NCBI GenBank assembly: GCA_040754655.1
Contig: JBFMCE010000010.1
Location: 1 to 54,083, forward strand
Reading direction: 5' to 3'
Source of the DNA: Bdellovibrionota bacterium
GTDB taxonomy: Bacteria; Bdellovibrionota; UBA1018; UBA923
DNA: 54,083 bases
Of this stretch, positions 43,512-54,083 are shown one piece after another. The first letter of the stretch is position 1. Every line of letters starts with the position of its first letter. The notes under the pieces were generated by a model. The model did no database searches. It was not told the origin of the DNA and saw nothing but the letters and a program-made list of their open reading frames with translations. Both the position numbers and the translations under genes were made by a program.

Positions 43512-44918
43512 TCACATATGAATCTGCCGCTTATCCACGGCAAGAGCGGCCTCTTTCACGACCTCAGCTAGTGTGGGATGCGCATGCGTTGAACGAGCGA
43601 TGTCTTCGGCACTCCCGCCAAACTCCATCACCATCACCGCTTCTGCGATCATGTCTGAAGCCCGAGGCCCCACGATGTGCATGCCAAGAAGACGATCTGT
43701 CTTCGAATCTGCGATCACCTTCACAAAACCCTCGACTTCGTCCATCGCCTTGGCCCTACCATTAGCAATGAATGGGAAAGTGCCCACCTTATAAGTCAAT
43801 CCCTTCGCTTTACATTCGTCTTCGTTTAAACCCACACTCGCAAGCTCAGGCCAAGTGTAAACAATATTGGGGATCGCCTCATAGTTCACGTGGCCGTGTT
43901 GACCTGCGATGATCTCAGCGGCTGCAATGCCCTCATCTTCGGCTTTGTGGGCAAGCATCGGCCCGCGAATCAGGTCTCCGATCGCATAAATATTGGGTAC
44001 TTTCGTGCGAAAGTGCGCATCCACTTCGACTCTGCCTGCCTTGTCTTGGGGGATGCCAATCTCTTTGAGGCCCAAGTTTTGGCTGAACGGACGACGCCCA
44101 ATCGCAACAAGCACGTACTCGGCCTCAAGCTTGTCTTTCTTTCCTGAGGCATCTTCAACTTCAACCTGCACGGCTTTTCCAGATACCTTGGCTTGAGTGA
44201 CCTTGGTTGAAAGTTTGAACTCAAGCCCTTGGCGCGTGAGCACTTTCAAGAGCTCTTGGCTTGCTTGTCTGTCTGCAAACGGAACGATGCGGTCTTGAAA
44301 TTCAACTACCGTCACTTTCGAACCTAGCCTTGACCAGACCGAACCCATCTCTAAACCAATGGCACCACCACCCACGACAATCAAACGCGCAGGTATTTCA
44401 GAAAAGGACAAGGCCTCTGTCGAGCTTACAACGCGCTTTCCATCAAAAGGAGCGCTGGGAAGCGGCGTGGGTTCGCTTCCGGTAGCCAAGATGATGTTCT
44501 TGGCTGAAAGCTTTTCTTTGGAACCATCTGCTTTCGTGACCTCGACCTCGGTGGAAGAAACAAGCTTGCCCATCCCATGAGCGTGTACGATCTTATTTTT
44601 TTTAAAAAGACCCGCAATGCCTTGAGTGAGGCCTGAAACCACCTGATCTTTGCGTTTGAGCATCACACCAAGATCCAGACCCACGTCTTTCACCACAATG
44701 CCATGGCGTGAAAGTTTGCCTTTCACGTGAGCGAAGTGTTCGCTTGAGTCGAGCAGCGCTTTCGATGGGATGCATCCGATATTGAGGCAAGTCCCGCCCA
44801 GGGTCTTGTCTTTCTCGACGCAAGCCACTTTCATTCCAAGTTGGGCCGCGCGAATGGCGGCAACATAGCCGCCGGGACCCGCCCCGATGACGATCAGGTC
44901 GAAGTTTTGTTCTGCCAT
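43512..44918 (-). CDS. lpdA: Dihydrolipoamide dehydrogenase (E3)
   Basis: GAGPGGYVAAIRAAQLG, GGTCLNIGCIPSK and HAHPTLAE. Confidence 0.97.
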   Translation of the reverse strand: MAEQNFDLIVIGAGPGGYVAAIRAAQLGMKVACVEKDKTLGGTCLNIGCIPSKALLDSSEHFAHVKGKLSRHGIVVKDVGLDLGVMLKRKDQVVSGLTQGIAGLFKKNKIVHAHGMGKLVSSTEVEVTKADGSKEKLSAKNIILATGSEPTPLPSAPFDGKRVVSSTEALSFSEIPARLIVVGGGAIGLEMGSVWSRLGSKVTVVEFQDRIVPFADRQASQELLKVLTRQGLEFKLSTKVTQAKVSGKAVQVEVEDASGKKDKLEAEYVLVAIGRRPFSQNLGLKEIGIPQDKAGRVEVDAHFRTKVPNIYAIGDLIRGPMLAHKAEDEGIAAAEIIAGQHGHVNYEAIPNIVYTWPELASVGLNEDECKAKGLTYKVGTFPFIANGRAKAMDEVEGFVKVIADSKTDRLLGMHIVGPRASDMIAEAVMVMEFGGSAEDIARSTHAHPTLAEVVKEAALAVDKRQIHM

Positions 44919-44954
44919 GGTTTCCTCGCAGATCAAAAGATGCTGCGTTTAAGA

Positions 44955-46199
44955 CTAAAAATCAAGCCCAAGGCTTTGGGGATTCTCGATTCCTTCTTTG
45001 ACTTTGATAAGGAAGGTCACCGCTTCTTTTCCATCGATGATGCGATGGTCATAAGAAAGCGCGAGGAACATCATCGGACGCACCAAGACCTGCCCATTCA
45101 CAGCCATCGGGCGCTCTTGAATCTTGTGCATCCCTAAAATTCCACTTTGAGGCGGATTTAAGATCGGTGTTGAAAGCAACGAGCCGTAGACCCCACCATT
45201 GCTGATCGTAAACGTACCACCTGAGAGTTCTTTGATCGAGAGCTTACCTTCTCTAGCGCGAAGCGCAAGCGCCCCAATGCCCTTTTCGATCTCGACGAAC
45301 CCCATCGAGCCTGCGTCACGCAACACGGGAACCACAAGGCCTCGCTCAGTTCCCACGGCGATGCCGACGTCATAATAATCGTGGTAAACGACTTCTTTTC
45401 CGTCGATGCGCGCATTCACAGCGGGCACGACCTTAAGTGCCTCAACCACAGCGCGCGTGAAGAATGACATGAAGCTCAGAGCCACGCCGTGCTTGTTCTT
45501 GAAGGCATCTTTGTGTTTGTTTCGTACTTCCATCACAGCGGTCATGTCACATTCATTGAAGGTCGTGAGGATCGCTGCCGTGTGTTGCGCTTGAACAAGC
45601 CTTTCCGCGATTTTCTGGCGAAGAAGCGTCATCGGGACGCGACGTTCGCGAGCCGCTGCATTGCCAGTGACTTGTTGCACCGGAGGAACGGAAGCTGAAG
45701 ACGCCACGGCTTTTCCGCCCGACTCTACAAATTGCAAGACATCACCTTTCGTGACTCTGCCGTCTTTTCCCGTGCCTTTGATTTTTGAGGGATCAATGCC
45801 GGTTTCACTCACTGCTTTTCTTACTGCGGGAGACATCGAAGCTGAAACTCCCACTGTTGCTAATCCACCACTACCACCCACCGCGCCCGACGCGGCCACT
45901 GAAACTTGAGGAGCTGGTCGTGGCGCTTCAGTTTTTACAGCAGAGCTTGCAGTTGCAGTAGCACCCTCTTCGATAGTGCCTAATTTTTCACCTACTTTTA
46001 CCGTATCCCCTACCGGATGAGAGATGCGAAGAACACCCGTGGCTTCGGCGACAACCTCAACAGTTGCTTTGTCGGATTCGATTTCAAGAATGACCTCGCC
46101 ATTTTTGACGAGTTCGCCTTCTTGTTTTGCCCAACGTCCAATTCGAACCTCTGTAATCGACTCACCTACGCTCGGTGCTTTGATCTCGTGTTGTTTCAC
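44955..46199 (-). CDS. sucB: 2-oxoglutarate dehydrogenase E2 (dihydrolipoyl succinyltransferase)
   Basis: Lipoyl [24 protein letters not shown] and [10 protein letters not shown]. Confidence 0.97.
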   Translation of the reverse strand: MKQHEIKAPSVGESITEVRIGRWAKQEGELVKNGEVILEIESDKATVEVVAEATGVLRISHPVGDTVKVGEKLGTIEEGATATASSAVKTEAPRPAPQVSVAASGAVGGSGGLATVGVSASMSPAVRKAVSETGIDPSKIKGTGKDGRVTKGDVLQFVESGGKAVASSASVPPVQQVTGNAAARERRVPMTLLRQKIAERLVQAQHTAAILTTFNECDMTAVMEVRNKHKDAFKNKHGVALSFMSFFTRAVVEALKVVPAVNARIDGKEVVYHDYYDVGIAVGTERGLVVPVLRDAGSMGFVEIEKGIGALALRAREGKLSIKELSGGTFTISNGGVYGSLLSTPILNPPQSGILGMHKIQERPMAVNGQVLVRPMMFLALSYDHRIIDGKEAVTFLIKVKEGIENPQSLGLDF

Positions 46200-49063
46200 T
46201 CTGAGGGGCCCTCCCTTAAGGCCTCATCAATGATGTTCTTCTGCTCTTTTTCGTGGATCTTTGCGGATCCAACGGCTGGAGCCGCTGCGGGTCCTCTTCC
46301 AACATAAGACAAGTTTTGCTTGGAAGCCAGCATCGGAGGCAGCCAATCACGAATAAAATTCCATGCACCCATGTTTCGCGGCTCTTCTTGCAACCAAACG
46401 ATCTCTCGGGTTGAAGAATATTCTTTCAATACGGCCTCTACTTTGTGAGCAGGCCAAGGATAAAGCTGTTCAATGCGAACCACGGCAATGTCATTGATTT
46501 TTCGCGCGGTGCGCTCAGCAACCAAGTCATAGTAGACTTTGCCGGTGCAAAAGACCAACTTGCGCGGCTTCTTTGGCTGACTGAGGTCAGGAATGACTTC
46601 TTGGAAGCTCCCTCCGCTCAGCTCTTCCAGTGGCGAAACAGCCATGGGATGACGCAGCAAACTCTTGGGCGACATCACCACCAGGGGTTTTCTAAACTCG
46701 CGGCGCACCTGACGTCTTAGTGCATGAAAAATTTGAGCAGGTGTCGTGAGATTGCAAACTTGCATATTGTTTCTCGCGCAAAGCTGAAGGAACCGCTCTA
46801 ACTTTGCACTCGAGTGCTCAGGACCCTGTCCTTCATAACCATGGGGCAAGAGCATCACAAGCCCGCTCATCCTCTGCCACTTGCTCTCGGAACTTGAGAT
46901 GAATTGATCGATGATCACCTGGGCGCCGTTGGCGAAGTCTCCGAACTGGGCTTCCCAGATCGTCAGTGATCGCGGATCCGCGATCGCATGGCCAAACTCA
47001 AACCCAAGCACCCCAGCCTCAGACAACGCACTGTTGATCACCAGGTATTCCGCCTGACCCTCTTTCACGTGGTTCAACGGAACATAAGGTTCGTTCGTCT
47101 CGTAGTGGTACACCACAGAATGACGGTGGCTGAACGTGCCTCTTTCCGCATCCTGACCTGACACCCTGACGTGAGTCCCTTCCCAAACCAACGAGCCAAA
47201 AGCCAAGGCTTCCGCTGTTCCCCAATCAAGCGCGGTGCCCACTTCCACAAGCTTTGCCCTGCTTTCAAGTTGGCGGATGAGTTTCGGATGGACCTGAAAA
47301 CCGCTGGGGACCTCGGCTAGTTTTTTCCCGATCGCCTTCAACACTGTCGCATCGACCTTCGTGTCCGCCGTTTTTTGGAAATCTTCGTCTGTCGCGCGGC
47401 GAAGTCCCTTCCACGCGCCTTCGAATACTGAGACAAAAGGAGGCTCTTTGCTCGACTTCGCAATCGCATGCGCTGCAGAGAGCTTTTCATTCACCGTATT
47501 TAACGTGGATTCGATCTCGTTTGCCGAGAAACCCGACTGAGTCGTCAGCGCTTTTGCGTACACTTCTCTTGGACTCGGATGGTCTTTGATCTTCTTGTAC
47601 ATTACAGGTTGGGTGAAGCTAGGTTCATCACCTTCATTGTGTCCGTATTTGCGGTAACAGAGGAGATCGATCACCACATCACGATGGAATTTCTGCCGAA
47701 ACTGGGTTGCGAGCTGAGTGACGTAATAGACCGCTTCAGCATCATCCCCATTCACATGGAAAATCGGCGTCTCAAGCATCTTCGCAAGATCTGTGGCGTA
47801 TGTTGTTGATCTACTGTCGCGAGGAAGCGTGGTGAACCCCACTTGGTTGTTCACAACGATATGAACAGTGCCTCCGGTAGAGTAACCATGAAGCAACGAG
47901 AGCTGGATGGTCTCGTAAACAATGCCTTGCCCCGCGAAAGCGGCATCACCATGAATCACGACAGGTACAACGCAAGACTGCGCTTCTTTCAAGGTAGGTC
48001 CTTTGAGCCGTTGTTTTGCCCTGGCAACTCCTTCGACCACCGGATTCACGAATTCAAGATGGCTGGGGTTTGAAGCCAGTGAGAGATGCAGGGTATGACC
48101 CCGCAACGTCTTATAATCCGCCGAATAACCCATGTGGTATTTGACGTCGCCTTCGCCAGCAGTGGTGTCTGAGAGATAGTTGCCTTCGAATTCAGAAAAA
48201 ATATACTCGTACTTTTTGCCGAAAACATTCGAGAGCACATTCAGACGGCCGCGGTGAGCCATTCCCATCACCACATCGGTCGCGCCGTGCGCCCCAGCTT
48301 CATCGATCAGGCAATCAAGCATTGGGATAAGCGCATCGCCGCCTTCGACCGAGAAACGCTTTTGCGCGACGTAACGGGTGTGCAAAAAGCGCTCAAAGGC
48401 CTCAGCTTCGGTGAGCTTTTGCAAAATGCGCTGTTTGGTCTCTCGGTTCAGTTGCGCTTTGTTCTTAGTCGTCTCCATGATCTTCTGGAGCCACTCTCTG
48501 GGCAGAGGATCTTGGATGTGGGTGTATTCCACCCCGATCGTGCCGCAATAAGTCTCACGCAAGTGATTCAAGATCTCGCGCAAGGTGGCTGGGCCCGGCA
48601 GGCCGATAAGCCTTGCAGCGGTAAATTTCCTGTCTAAATCGTTTTCATTGAGTTCAAACGCCGAAAGCTCGAGAAGAGGGTGAGAGCCTTTGGGTTTTTC
48701 AAGCGGATTGATATCCGCCAAAAGAATCCCCAACTCGCGGTAGGTCTGAATCAACTCGCCCACCTTCGCCTCACTATTGACCGCTGAGCTGAGCTGAACA
48801 ACCGTTGGAGCCGACTGAGGCGCAACATAGGCGATGGTCGGGGCCGAACTCTCTTTAACGGCGGCCGATGGATGATGGCCATTGCCGTTAGCCTGAGAAC
48901 TCGCCGCACCACCCACATTCTCGCCCGCACTATTCAGCTCCATGCCTTCGAAGAAGTACTTCCAAGACTCATCTACAGAATCTGGGTCTTCAAGATAGCG
49001 TAAAAAAAGTTCTTCGATATAGTCTGCGTTCTCGGCCTTGAGGTAATTCAGCTTTTTTTGCAT
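46196..49063 (-). CDS. sucA: 2-oxoglutarate dehydrogenase E1
   Basis: [42 protein letters not shown] and [14 protein letters not shown]. Confidence 0.98.
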   Translation of the reverse strand: MQKKLNYLKAENADYIEELFLRYLEDPDSVDESWKYFFEGMELNSAGENVGGAASSQANGNGHHPSAAVKESSAPTIAYVAPQSAPTVVQLSSAVNSEAKVGELIQTYRELGILLADINPLEKPKGSHPLLELSAFELNENDLDRKFTAARLIGLPGPATLREILNHLRETYCGTIGVEYTHIQDPLPREWLQKIMETTKNKAQLNRETKQRILQKLTEAEAFERFLHTRYVAQKRFSVEGGDALIPMLDCLIDEAGAHGATDVVMGMAHRGRLNVLSNVFGKKYEYIFSEFEGNYLSDTTAGEGDVKYHMGYSADYKTLRGHTLHLSLASNPSHLEFVNPVVEGVARAKQRLKGPTLKEAQSCVVPVVIHGDAAFAGQGIVYETIQLSLLHGYSTGGTVHIVVNNQVGFTTLPRDSRSTTYATDLAKMLETPIFHVNGDDAEAVYYVTQLATQFRQKFHRDVVIDLLCYRKYGHNEGDEPSFTQPVMYKKIKDHPSPREVYAKALTTQSGFSANEIESTLNTVNEKLSAAHAIAKSSKEPPFVSVFEGAWKGLRRATDEDFQKTADTKVDATVLKAIGKKLAEVPSGFQVHPKLIRQLESRAKLVEVGTALDWGTAEALAFGSLVWEGTHVRVSGQDAERGTFSHRHSVVYHYETNEPYVPLNHVKEGQAEYLVINSALSEAGVLGFEFGHAIADPRSLTIWEAQFGDFANGAQVIIDQFISSSESKWQRMSGLVMLLPHGYEGQGPEHSSAKLERFLQLCARNNMQVCNLTTPAQIFHALRRQVRREFRKPLVVMSPKSLLRHPMAVSPLEELSGGSFQEVIPDLSQPKKPRKLVFCTGKVYYDLVAERTARKINDIAVVRIEQLYPWPAHKVEAVLKEYSSTREIVWLQEEPRNMGAWNFIRDWLPPMLASKQNLSYVGRGPAAAPAVGSAKIHEKEQKNIIDEALREGPSE

Positions 49064-49353
49064 AAGTTTTCCAGGTGAAGTAACTATTAGCTTTTATTCA
49101 TCAAATCTTCAGCTCTAAAAAATTCAAAACCAAACATAACTAATTCGGTCAAATAATCTATTCCGCTCGAGCAAGGCCGCTTCAAAAACAAAGTTTGCTC
49201 TTCCCCATCTGTCGCCTTCTCTTGAGTTCGTCTAAAAAAGACGAATCCCTTAGGGAAAGTCCCTCTTAAACACCCGGCAAATCTGACCGGGTTGAACTTT
49301 TCTCAAAGCCTCGCCTTGCCAGGGCGCTTCACCCTGATTAAAAGTGGGTCACT

Positions 49354-50730
49354 ATGCTTACCCACTACAAGATCATCAACCCAGCGACCGAGCAAACCCT
49401 GCAAGAAATCGACTGCGATAACGAACCTGGGATACAAAAAAAATTCGAACGCGCACGCATGGCCCAAGAACACTGGTCAGCGCGCTCACTGAACGAGCGC
49501 ATCGCGGTCTTGCACCGTTTTTGGCAACTGCTCGAGGTCGAACGAGACTCACTTGCTGAGACTCTCACCGCCGAAGTGGGAAAACCGCTGCAGCAGTCGA
49601 TCAATGAAATCAATGGCGCCCGTTCCAGGATCAGCTTTTTTGTCGAGAATTCTGAAAAATTCCTCTCAACCGAAACCGTCTTTGAAGCGCAAGACCGGGT
49701 TGAACGCATTGCGTATGAACCACTCGGAGTCGTTGCGATCATCTCAGCTTGGAATTACCCCTACCTTGTCGGCGTCAACGCGATCGTTCCCGCTCTGATC
49801 GCAGGCAATGCGGTGCTCTACAAACCTTCAGAATTTGCCACCCTTACTGGTTTGAGAATCTCAGAACTGCTTCACAGGGCCGGCATCCCGAAAGACGTCT
49901 TTGCTGAAGTGCTTGGAGACGGAGGCCAAGGCGCTGCGCTCACCAAACTCGCGCTCGATGGCTTTTTCTTCACCGGTTCTGTGCGCACTGGCGAGCGCAT
50001 TCGCTCTGCGATTTCAAATCGTTTTGTAGCTGCCGGATTTGAACTCGGTGGCAAAGATCCCGTTTATGTTTGTGAAGACGTCGACCTCGACAAAGTGGTG
50101 CCGGCGGTAGCAGACGGGGTTTTCTACAATAATGGGCAGAGCTGCTGTTCCGTCGAACGAATTTATGTCCACGAAACTCTCTACGATCGGTTCGTCGCCT
50201 CTTTTGTCGATGAAGTCAGAAATTACAAGATGGGAGACCCAAGAGAGCCTGGGGTTTATTTAGGGCCTCTCACGAGAAATGCCCAGCGCGATATCTTGCG
50301 CCATCAGGTAGAAGACGCTCTTTCAAAGGGCGCGAAACTTCTCTTGGGAGGACGACCGGTCGCGGGTTCAGGATATTACTTTGAACCCACCGTGCTTGCG
50401 AATGTCGGCCATTCGATGCTGGTGATGAAAGAAGAAAGTTTTGGGCCGATCATCGGAATCCAAAAAGTCCGTGACGACCACGAGGCCCTTGGTCTTATAA
50501 ATGACACCGAGTACGGACTGACTGCAGGCATTTACACGCGTGACGAGAAACGAGCGCTCAAATTGCTTGGCAAGGTCAACGCTGGAAGCGCTTACTGGAA
50601 CTGCTGTGACAGGCTCAGTCCTTACCTTCCCTGGAGCGGGCGCAAGAACTCAGGCCTTGGCAGCACGCTCTCGCACGTTGGGATTCGCTCTTTTGCAAGG
50701 CCTAAGGCGTATCATTTGATTCAGGCTTGA
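49354..50730 (+). CDS. Aldehyde dehydrogenase family protein
   Basis: AWNYP, KPSE, FTGS, ELGGKDP, NGQSCC and EESFGP. Confidence 0.93.
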   Translation: MLTHYKIINPATEQTLQEIDCDNEPGIQKKFERARMAQEHWSARSLNERIAVLHRFWQLLEVERDSLAETLTAEVGKPLQQSINEINGARSRISFFVENSEKFLSTETVFEAQDRVERIAYEPLGVVAIISAWNYPYLVGVNAIVPALIAGNAVLYKPSEFATLTGLRISELLHRAGIPKDVFAEVLGDGGQGAALTKLALDGFFFTGSVRTGERIRSAISNRFVAAGFELGGKDPVYVCEDVDLDKVVPAVADGVFYNNGQSCCSVERIYVHETLYDRFVASFVDEVRNYKMGDPREPGVYLGPLTRNAQRDILRHQVEDALSKGAKLLLGGRPVAGSGYYFEPTVLANVGHSMLVMKEESFGPIIGIQKVRDDHEALGLINDTEYGLTAGIYTRDEKRALKLLGKVNAGSAYWNCCDRLSPYLPWSGRKNSGLGSTLSHVGIRSFARPKAYHLIQA

Positions 50731-52957
50731 GAACAGCTTGCGCCTTCGGGAATTGAATTGGGCTCTCGGGAAAAAAATCATTGAATGTTTTTGTAACGCC
50801 CAAGTAGTGTGCTTCTTGTTTTTCTGAGGCGCTCTGTTCGATGGGGTAATGTTTTGAACCCGGCTCGATTGCTACGCTTCCTTCAGTAGTGAGCCTAAAC
50901 TTGCCAATGCTCAACACGGGCTCGGCAAGCGCCAGCGAAAATTCAGGCACCGCATCAGCGGCATCGTTTAGCGGCACGGCCTTGAATTCACCTGATCTTA
51001 AAACCACATAGGCGTAAGTCTTATTTTTTTCAAAAAGCTTTGCCTGGCCGGGCGTGAAATCTTTAGCCACGTAATCAGAAAGCAGGTTTAGGTTCCCATC
51101 TTGGTCGATCTGAATCCCGTACTCCACGTTCTCATCTTCGACCAACGCGCCCAGTGGCCTTTGAGGAATGTCTTTGGGTTCGATCTTTTCAATCGTAAGC
51201 CTTCCGGGGCGTCTGAAATAGGTCGACCCGTCAAAACGCTCGTTCGGGAAACGCCCTCCGTGAAATGCGCTCATCGACCGCAACGCGAGCTTGCCCTCTA
51301 AACCACCCTGATCGATGCTCACGACCTCACGCGCGGTGAGTGCGCGCTGAGCCTTGGTTTGGCCGTCTGACGAGAGAATCTCGGCAAGCAAATAAAGTTT
51401 GTTTTCATGCACCGCGAGTTCAACAACCCGTCCGAATTTCTTCTCGCCTTGTTTGCCTTCACGAAATTGAAAGTAAGGCGCCCACGACAGCCCTAAGGCT
51501 TCGTTGCGCATAAGATAAGGGGCCGAAGGCTCGCTATCATTTGCAGCAGAAAAAATCCTCAGCCCTGTGGCTCCGAAAAAACGCTTGGCTTGGATGCGTC
51601 TTGCCAACCAATGCAATTTCTTTATGGGCTTGACGTCGCGAGGCGGGAGTTGCTCTGGATCCTTTGAGGGATCTTGCGTCTTTTTTCCGGCAAGTTGTTT
51701 GCCTGGTTCCGAGAGCTTGCGTTTGAGCGCGTTTTCGAGCGGTCTTCCATGCACTTCCCGGTAAAAAGAGCTGTCAACAGCGATGTCGATTTCTTCTTCG
51801 ATCACGCTGCCCTTTTCATCGCGGGCAAACCCCTCTTCTTCGGGATGTGCTTGAGAAGAATTCGGTCGTTTGTTTTCAACTTCCACCACCTCGGTGATTG
51901 CCGTGCGTTCATCATCAAAGTCATCAAGGTAACTCTCATCGGGAAGGGGCGGCGGCGCGTGTTTTTCGGTGAGGATGTCTTTGTCGTCTATCGCGACGTG
52001 CTCTTCCTCAATGTGTCGTCGGAATCTTTGCTCGCCAATGGAGGAATCTGGTCGCAAGCGTTTTGTTTTCGCGGCCGTGAGAATCTCTGCATGCGTCAGG
52101 TAGTGCAACCGAATGCGATCATCATCTCCCCTGGTTTTCACCAAGACTTGCGTCTCAAGGTGGTTTTTGGGATTCCACGTGATCGCATCGACGTAGCCAA
52201 AGTGGTAGTGGTCAGGATCCCACCGCGGCTTGAAAAGAAAGACGGTACCTCGCTTCAAGAGAAGATCAACTTTTTCCTCTCCTGACCTCACGGCAACCAT
52301 CAATCTATTTTGCGAAGGCGGCCCCCACCGATAGACCATCATCCATTTCCCCTTGCGATACGATTTCGAGTCAGCGCGCTCTCGGTCGATTTTCACAGGT
52401 GAGTTCACTTGAGTGGGCTCAGTGATCTGAGGAACGCTCGCTGCGAGGTCGGTTTGAATCGACTCGGCTGCAGGGTCGGTGGAAAAAGTCGCATCAAAGA
52501 TCTTAGCGCTCTTGAGTTCAGCGTCTTGAGATCCTAACTTCTGGTGGTCTTCGGCGGCCTCAAGGAAGAGTTCGTTGTGAGACTGGTCGCCCGCGACTTC
52601 ATTTTTCATGGCATCGCTTTGATTACGTGCAAGCGCACGGCGCACTTGAGTCGATAACCGAATGATTCGAGAGGTCACAGGGGAAATGCATTTCCTTTGC
52701 ACGAGCTTGACTTTGTCGAGAGAACCAGGTTCTGGGTTATCCGCGGCATGCGCGTTATGAGTACAGCAAAAGAGCGAGAAAACCGCGACAATCATGCACA
52801 TTAACAAAGCAGATGTTGGAACCACGGCAGTGGCCGACCCTACTATTAGAGCTTGGGTCGAAATCACGGCAAAACTTGCCGAGCCTTTCGACCTCGCCAC
52901 GCTTTTGGGCGCCTCTGCGAGCTGATTGAAGGCGGTTTTGTGCACACAAACACTCAT
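50702..52957 (-). CDS. Large hypothetical secreted protein (true start may be near 52801)
   Basis: 751-aa ORF; signal-peptide-like MCMIVAVFSLFCCTHNAHA; 3' end overlaps the aldehyde dehydrogenase by 29 nt. Confidence 0.65.
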   Translation of the reverse strand: MSVCVHKTAFNQLAEAPKSVARSKGSASFAVISTQALIVGSATAVVPTSALLMCMIVAVFSLFCCTHNAHAADNPEPGSLDKVKLVQRKCISPVTSRIIRLSTQVRRALARNQSDAMKNEVAGDQSHNELFLEAAEDHQKLGSQDAELKSAKIFDATFSTDPAAESIQTDLAASVPQITEPTQVNSPVKIDRERADSKSYRKGKWMMVYRWGPPSQNRLMVAVRSGEEKVDLLLKRGTVFLFKPRWDPDHYHFGYVDAITWNPKNHLETQVLVKTRGDDDRIRLHYLTHAEILTAAKTKRLRPDSSIGEQRFRRHIEEEHVAIDDKDILTEKHAPPPLPDESYLDDFDDERTAITEVVEVENKRPNSSQAHPEEEGFARDEKGSVIEEEIDIAVDSSFYREVHGRPLENALKRKLSEPGKQLAGKKTQDPSKDPEQLPPRDVKPIKKLHWLARRIQAKRFFGATGLRIFSAANDSEPSAPYLMRNEALGLSWAPYFQFREGKQGEKKFGRVVELAVHENKLYLLAEILSSDGQTKAQRALTAREVVSIDQGGLEGKLALRSMSAFHGGRFPNERFDGSTYFRRPGRLTIEKIEPKDIPQRPLGALVEDENVEYGIQIDQDGNLNLLSDYVAKDFTPGQAKLFEKNKTYAYVVLRSGEFKAVPLNDAADAVPEFSLALAEPVLSIGKFRLTTEGSVAIEPGSKHYPIEQSASEKQEAHYLGVTKTFNDFFPESPIQFPKAQAVLKPESNDTP

Positions 52958-53124
52958 GCTCGTCTTTTCGACGGTTCACGAGAGTAGCTTGAGTACAACC
53001 CCACCACGAACGAACGGCTCAGAATCAAGCCTGGTGAAGAACTGGGTCGCAAGACCTAGAACCTATCCCAACAACCCCCGCTACCACTTCGAACTGCGAA
53101 GCAGGGCACTTGCATCAATGAAAA

Positions 53125-53943
53125 TCAACGCACATTGACCTTTTGGGGCATGTACCCCGTACCCGAAAGACTATTCCCCATTTCAACAATGTACGGGGTG
53201 AAATAACGCGCAGAAAAAATCCATGCCAGAATGGTGCTCTTAGCCACGAAAAAATGGTCACGAGACGGGTCAAATACTCTTGCAACGACATCGCCGCGGA
53301 ACTCATTGTTGCTGATAAGGTATTTATCCTTAGTCAAACCATTTGAATACATCAGCCCAACCGTATTGCCATCATAGGGTACAAATGTATTCAGAGGCTT
53401 GAGCTCAGATGCGGATGAGGCCCCGATCACCAAGCGTGCAATGGTGTGTTTCGAACCTTTCCATTTGAGGTTCACTTGATGTTGGTCTACCAAGGCTTTG
53501 GGGCTAGCAAAGCCTGAAAACGCCCTGCCATTGATCGCCACCGACTGCAATTGATACAAAGTCTTCAACAACTTGCTATTGGTTGAGATCTCGTTGATGA
53601 AATAAACAGGGACCGACGCATTTCTTGGATCTTGAACGACGATCCCCGCATAACCCACATTATAGCCACCACCCTTCAGCCCCTTTAATGTGTGCCACGT
53701 CACACTTTTCTCGGAATAAGAGTCAAATTCAAATCCCGCGAAAGTTTTGCCTGGCTGAGCCTCAAACGCTTTGAGCGAATATTCTTTCAAATACGCATTA
53801 GCTGCATTGATGTCTAAAAAACCTCTAATCGCCACGAATGAAAGGCCTGCGTCAGTTGAAAATGCCTTTGCACGAGTATCGTTCGCCGATGCCGTAAAAC
53901 TTAAGAAAAAGAAAACCCAAGAGACCGCTAATTTTTTGATCAT
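53125..53943 (-). CDS. Hypothetical secreted protein
   Basis: Signal peptide MIKKLAVSWVFFFLSFTASA; AGGGG RBS. Confidence 0.7.
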   Translation of the reverse strand: MIKKLAVSWVFFFLSFTASANDTRAKAFSTDAGLSFVAIRGFLDINAANAYLKEYSLKAFEAQPGKTFAGFEFDSYSEKSVTWHTLKGLKGGGYNVGYAGIVVQDPRNASVPVYFINEISTNSKLLKTLYQLQSVAINGRAFSGFASPKALVDQHQVNLKWKGSKHTIARLVIGASSASELKPLNTFVPYDGNTVGLMYSNGLTKDKYLISNNEFRGDVVARVFDPSRDHFFVAKSTILAWIFSARYFTPYIVEMGNSLSGTGYMPQKVNVR

Positions 53944-54083
53944 TATTTTTCCCCTTATTCCCCTTGCTCACCAACTAACGGAGCGCAGTCTATTTTTGTT
54001 TCATCTTTAGTCAACAGTGGTGAATAGAGAGGAAATATTTTTACAAGGGTCTTGTGGACCGAGCGGACTACTTTACGCAAAGC

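Noticed and set aside
49064..49353. Structured sucA leader RNA
   Set aside because: Only short hairpins (e.g. TTCGTCT-AAAAA-AGACGAA) in a divergent promoter region; no recognisable motif
51674..52285. 203-aa + strand ORF
   Set aside because: Antisense shadow of the 751-aa gene; Phe/Val-rich composition typical of reverse-frame reads

Overview
A 54 kb bacterial chromosomal segment of about 50% GC. Gene content and style suggest a Bdellovibrionota/Oligoflexia-like organism (inference). Housekeeping genes include lemA, a SWIM-SNF2 helicase, hppA, lgt, prc, rnhA, topA, slyD, sucA-sucB-lpdA and an aldehyde dehydrogenase, interspersed with many secreted orphan proteins. Four things stand out. (1) At 31.0-31.9 kb, two four-helix-bundle (Avd/IVS-like) paralogs sit head-to-head around a near-perfect palindrome, and both outer intergenic spaces are filled with CGG-N4 heptamer arrays. 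(2) A bufferin-type MNIO (DUF692) RiPP cluster carries two different Cys-containing precursors, one of them a predicted lipoprotein. (3) A 1025-aa secreted beta-propeller protein has a C-terminal His/Cys pattern like clan CD (caspase/CHAT) peptidases. (4) A stand-alone Y1 (RAYT-like) transposase lies behind a sigma54-type promoter. I saw no rRNA, tRNA, CRISPR array or reverse transcriptase. All calls come from motif recognition by eye; no searches were run.
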